A stretch of 64,000 nucleotides of DNA from Oculina patagonica (Eukaryota): the NCBI RefSeq assembly GCF_052425735.1, contig NC_135765.1, forward strand, positions 23,312,001 to 23,376,000, given 5' to 3'. Position numbers and translations under genes: made by a program. The first letter of the stretch is position 1, and each line of letters begins with the position of its first letter. Shown here piece after piece: positions 58,657 through 64,000 of this stretch. The notes under the pieces are model-generated. The model did not search any database. It saw only the letters and a program-made list of their open reading frames with translations, and had not been told where the DNA came from.

Positions 58657-61600
58657 GTGAGAATTAAAACAATCTGAAAATTATTTTATAAAGTTGTTAT
58701 TATTTTACCTTCCCTGATTGGTTGGTAAATTTCATGAATCCTTATAGAACAAAACACGGCGCGTAAGAGCCCACGAGGGAAGGGTTTTCTGTGTGAAGTT
58801 TTCATGATGGATGTCATTGTATTCCCAAGGAGAAGTTCGAAAAAAATATGCCACTTTTTTTCATCCATAATAACCGACGGAGGGGTGGGCGAAGGAGGAT
58901 TTTTTAACCCTTTAAGCCCAATGATTTTCAAAGATCTTTCATCCTTTTAAAAGCCTTATACTGAACGTAAAACAATATTTAATATGCAGCTGTAAAATCC
59001 ACTGCAAAATTTGTTAACCGCAAAACTTAGACCCAATGATGCCTATAGCAACTAGGTACGTAAAGCTGTGCTTATTGTAAGTGATGTAGGAGCAAGGCTA
59101 CGATGTGTTATGTTCGTATTGCGATACACAAAATTACCTTCAAATAAAAGACAACTTTTAGACCTTGTTTATTGAGGCAGAATTATACCAAAAAGTAAAT
59201 TAAAAACCAAAGCGAATTATTAAGCCGACTGGGCAAGAATGGAATGGATTAAAAACGGCGAGCTTGAAAAATTTAATTGTGTCATCATTGACATTGCTGT
59301 TTTAAGAAAGAAATAACAAAATCAATGACAAATCGATTTCTTGATTGCCCTGTTATTATTTATAATATATAGATTTAGGCAAGCCTAAAAGCGGAGCTCC
59401 CCTTTAATTAATACATTTTTTACTGCAGTTTACAATGTTTCCATTTTTATAAATATGCGGTCAAAGCTTTAATGTATACGCTGGCCCATAGGTGCAAGAC
59501 ATATTAAAATCGACCATGGTTAAAATGAACGTCTTACAGTACAACAAAAATAATAATCTCGAGGCAGAACAACTCATGGCCTAAAAATTAATTAAGAGTT
59601 AATTCTATGATTTCTATAGCTAAGAATAGAAAATAGCTTTACTATCCTCTTATCGTTTTGCTTAATACAAAAGAGACGTCAATTCATGATATGTCGTGGA
59701 CAAAATAATACCTCCATCTTACTTTTCTTGTCTGTATTTGTCTTAACATCGTTGCACTCAAATGGGTTGCTCACGTACGCAAATTTAAAACTTGTGTGGG
59801 ATAAATCGGTAGTGATTTTTTATTTCTTACCGTGTGCACGGTTAAAACAAATTTTAACCTACACTAAATCATCTTTATACAGTGTAGTTATTCAGTGTGC
59901 AAGTGAGTTTCACTAAAGCAAAAATAATTGAACTTCTTTTAAAAAAATAGGAGTCAGTTTCATAACATCTCGCGCTCGAGCTAGATGGGGTAAACATGTT
60001 ATTCAGAGCAAGTTTAATTTAAATAAAATATATAGATTTAGGCAAGCCTAAAAGCGGAGCTCCCCAGTTATTTCCCCTTAATAATTTTTAGACTGTTTTT
60101 TATTCATGTTATTTACTTTATATATGATATGTATCTTTTTTCACCATGAACAACAGCACCAAATAAGAGTTAAAAAAATCGATCAATTAAAAATATCATT
60201 AGTAGTCTATGCATAACCTTGGTTCTAAACTAAAAGATACACTCGCAACTCTCAAAGTTAAACAAGAACAAAGAAAGGGTTGCTCTAGAACATATCCATA
60301 CCCCCATCATAACTGGTATGTTACAGCTGTACATACATGTAGCATACAACTGGAAAGTTTTGCATAGCTTTCCCCCTTCCCCAAATGGGGGCCCTATACG
60401 ATGGAATGGTAACAATGACACTCTTATTATTGCCTAACACCAAAAATAACAGCTTCCTGCTAGCAAACTGGAGTAAAAGATAGTGACAAGCAAAATATTG
60501 ACATTCTGTCATTCTGCCAAATATGGTACCCAAAACGATAACACCTTTTTCCTTTATATGGGTCCCTTTGCCCTTTGCTTAATTACATGTAAACTTAGCA
60601 AAAATTCTGGAGAGGCATAAATACTGTTTGTTAGTTCTTACTCAGATATAGATGTGTATCTCATTATCATAATTATTGTTCTTTGCAGTGTGGGCACTGG
60701 GAATTAAATGTTTAGGTAGCAGGATGATTTTTTATGTACATGATTGTACCTTATCTGGCTTTATTTCATTAACTTTAAAATTACACCTGTCCTTATAAAT
60801 AAATTGTATTCTACACACAGGACATTTGTACATGCAATGAAGAATATAATATAATAATCTGATTGTTCATTTATCTCTTTCTGTGTCTGCAACTCTGTAC
60901 AAATTCTGCTACTCATGTTAACCCTGAAAAAGGCAAAAAACATAAGATTTGTTGATGATCATTGGCATCAAATGAATGTTTATAATTTTAAATTAGCTTA
61001 AATTGTCCATCTAACACTCTGCAGATGCATAAAAAAGAGATATATTTTTCCAATTTTTGCCTGGGCCAGGGACTGTGTTGGGTGATATGTTCAGAACCAA
61101 AAAATCCTTTGACCTAATGAAGGCATAAAAAAAAATAGTGCTATCAATAAGACCTGGCACATGAATGAGCTTTGGTGGGTGTTTTGGGGTCAATCACTGG
61201 CTAAAATTCATGATTTCCCTATTAAATGAGGTGTCTTAAGACTCTTATATTGCTCTCTGACAGGTGCTGTTGAAAGTACTGTGATTAATTCCACGAAAGC
61301 TTACATATTCTTTCCTTTCTTAGCGATGTACCGGTAGCTAAGAAAACACTGCGCTGGCTCATCAACAAGCCCAACTGGCTTTTCTGGCCTTGGCAGCTCT
61401 AAAAGTTTATCAACTTTTTGTTTTCATGTGAAATTTCAGCTGAGTTAAAATTCTATTTCTTTATTCGCCTAGTACCACAACAAGGCAATTTATGTTAAGT
61501 TAGGGCTTTAGCTTACATGTAGATATTATGGTTAGCTGTTAATAAAAAAAATTACAAGTATTACAGTAATATGTCGGGTCAGGTAGCAGATCTTGTTGGG

Positions 61601-62907
61601 TTTTTTGCCCTCCTACCCCTCCCCCACCCCCTCTTTTCTTGAACAATGAAAACATTACATTTTGTATGTATATTTACATGTGCTGTTACATGTAAATTGT
61701 GTATATTAAATTCCTCAATAGGAACCACGATTTTGAGGAGACATAAACTTACCAAGCATTTAAACCACTTATCATATTTCAAACCCCAAAATTTTACACT
61801 TAAAAAACAAGTTTCATGCACTAATGTAGATTCACATAAACTAAACTCTGTCACAGAGCATTTAAAGAAATAAAGGTATAAACTGACACTAATGTAATGC
61901 TTACCTTTATCATCACATTAACTGCACCCCTTGAATTCCTGTTTTCCCTCGCAAAAAACAAAATGTAAACATATCAAAAACTCATAAAAGGTATGGAAAT
62001 CCTAATATAGCAAAATTTAGAAATGCAACAGATTTGCTTATATGAAATTAATGATAAACTCAAACTGCCTCATACAACCTCCATAAATACCGGTCACTCA
62101 ATTAACCTAGTAAACCTTGATGTACATTTGAATGTACATGTATTTTAAATTTGCTTTAAATGATATTTTCCTCATTGCAGACAGGCACATTTTAAACTTT
62201 TTTTTTATTTCAGGATCGAAAACTAACCTGCTGCTCTTGTAGAAAAAATAATTCAGGCAAAAGTATCTGATAGTCACTGCTTTAGGCTGGAAAATTTTGA
62301 AAGGATTAAAACATTGTACCAGTCACAACCGTCAAGATAGCAATGCAAATACATTAATAGCCATAATTCCCCTCTGGTTGTCCGGGGCAAGTAGATTTTC
62401 CTGTCAAGCAATTAATTTTTCATGCCTGCTTGCATAATGGGTAAAGGCCCAGGCATGTCATGATTATCTGACTACAAGTTAATTATACAGTCACAAGTTT
62501 GCTAATTAATACAGTGTCACATGCACTGTCCTAGGCCACCAAAATTTGAAAGCTGCTTATCATATATTATAACTGATCAATTTGGTTGTTATAACATAAA
62601 AAAAGGTTCATGATCTTACACATAACAAATTAGAATCTGTGGTTTTTTCTTTATTGTAATTTATAAGAATGCAGGCATAGTCAATCGATAGAAATCGATA
62701 TCTCAAATCTGTCGATACAATCGATATCTATTGATATCAATCACAAATTGATAATTGGTAATTGATAACAATAGAACTCGCAAAAAAAATTATCATCGAT
62801 TGTTATCGATTGAAAAAATCGATAAAAATCGATAGCAATCGACAGTAATCAATAACAATCACTAATCCCAAGGAGCCCCTGGAGGTGTAAATGTATATTT
62901 GTTTTAA

Positions 62908-63351
62908 GGTGATTCCCTAGTATTGCATTGCGCGTCCTTACTGCGCAGAATTTTACGCCTAATTAGCATGCGCACATAAACGAAATGGCGGCTTTTTTCT
63001 ATGCGGCTTGGCTCGCGCGAGATAGAAATCATCATTTTCTCGTAAACGAGTTCGGTGACCTATCAATTTTTTCTCTTAGTTCGAAAGTAGCGATCAAATT
63101 CTTTCTATAAAATGAATACAGACCATTTTCTATGGCAGAATAATACATTATCACCGAAAAGGTGCACTAGCTTTCAGCAGTACTCGCAAAGGAAATATAA
63201 GGAATTATATGGTAAATACAAGGTCTTCTTGCTCCTAAACGAATACGGTGACCCCCCTTTTAATTCAAAATTTAACTTCCCTTAAGGTAAACAACCAACT
63301 GGCAAAGTTTAGTTGGAAATCTATGAGCAGTTCTATTTCTAGGGAATTACC
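62908..63351. mobile_element. TTAA-inserting MITE (Kolobok-like)
   Basis: TTAA-ggtgattccctag ... ctagggaattacc-TTAA. Confidence 0.85.
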
Positions 63352-63420
63352 TTAAAGATATTATATGGCGTTAGTATTAAGTAAAACAATACGAAGATTG
63401 ATATTGATTGCTACGGATTG

Positions 63421-63604
63421 TTAGTAGAAACTCAGCTGTGTTCTAATGGAAATCCGCGAATCTGATTGGTTCTCCCACTGATTTCTATTCGCCGATAGAA
63501 AACAGTCGCGCGCTCGCGTAGCTCTTTAAGCGGTAAATTTTCTTGATTTTTGTCTTCAAAGTGCACAATATTGTAGGTTTTGGACTGGAATCCTTTAGAG
63601 TTTC

Positions 63605-63640
<36 letters not shown>

Positions 63641-63641
63641 T

Positions 63642-63677
<36 letters not shown>

Positions 63678-63716
63678 TTGCTCATAGAAAACTTGGGCTC
63701 GTAGTCTAATTGTTAA
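63421..63716. mobile_element. Hairpin-plus-IR non-autonomous element, opposite orientation to 1397-1923
   Basis: ttagtagaaactc (63421) pairs with gagtttctactaa (63598), followed by a ~100-bp terminal hairpin aacaattagactac...gtagtctaattgtt. Confidence 0.8.
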
Positions 63717-64000
63717 TTATCGATTATCGGTTTATCGATTGTCTACGCCTGGAAAAATGTGAATAAAATTATCAATTTATTCCCAGAACGGCTGTTATCA
63801 GATTATAAATAAAAAACTGTCACAAAACATTTTCACTAAAATAAGGAAAACTAAGCAAAGTTCTCAGTAAAAAATAGCATAGGTCATTGAGAAAACTATA
63901 TTTCGCTAAGGCTGTCAGCTAGCAATGTCCCCTACTGTGTCTGACTCGAACACATTCTTACAAATTTGCAAATACACATGTAAATTTTGATCTTGTACTG

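Larger units (their letters stand above)
62672..63751. mobile_element. hAT-like MITE rich in atcgat motifs, hosting two nested elements
   Basis: TIR caggcatagtcaatcgata / tatcgattgtctacgcctg; flanks taagaatg and gaaaaatg match at 6/8. Confidence 0.75.

Noticed and set aside
60750-61910. Minus-strand spliced gene (acceptor-like site ~60925, donor-like site ~61905)
   Set aside because: No convincing reading frame or homology; isolated splice-like motifs are expected by chance.

Overview
AT-rich eukaryotic DNA with spliceosomal introns and many transposon remnants; gene and repeat content suggest a cnidarian, probably a stony coral (inference). Left to right: (1) a frameshifted, truncated cGAS-like/Mab-21 (cGLR) nucleotidyltransferase exon (386-~855); (2) a spliced TPR-CHAT gene (6169-13062) with a TTC4/Cns1-like N-terminal exon pair joined by a probable U12-type intron, 17 near-identical 40-aa TPRs whose variation falls on one helix face, and a CHAT caspase-like domain with an intact His-Cys dyad; (3) an orphan OAR-motif terminal exon (~18.0-18.25 kb); (4) a 5-kb TTAA-flanked element with ~1-kb TIRs (Sola3-like); (5) a ~9-kb tandem duplication carrying a gene for an unrecognised Ser/Glu-rich repeat protein (copy A damaged, copy B a pseudogene), each copy followed by a nearly G-free tract; (6) a ~1.1-kb foldback palindrome broken by two nested transposons; (7) three tandem 69-nt ATG-containing exons that may start a second TPR-CHAT gene continuing beyond the window. 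The best candidate for an undescribed system is a variable-TPR sensor fused to a caspase-like protease, lying beside a cGLR remnant. No rRNA, true tRNA or CRISPR array was found. Coordinates were read by eye and may be off by a few bases.
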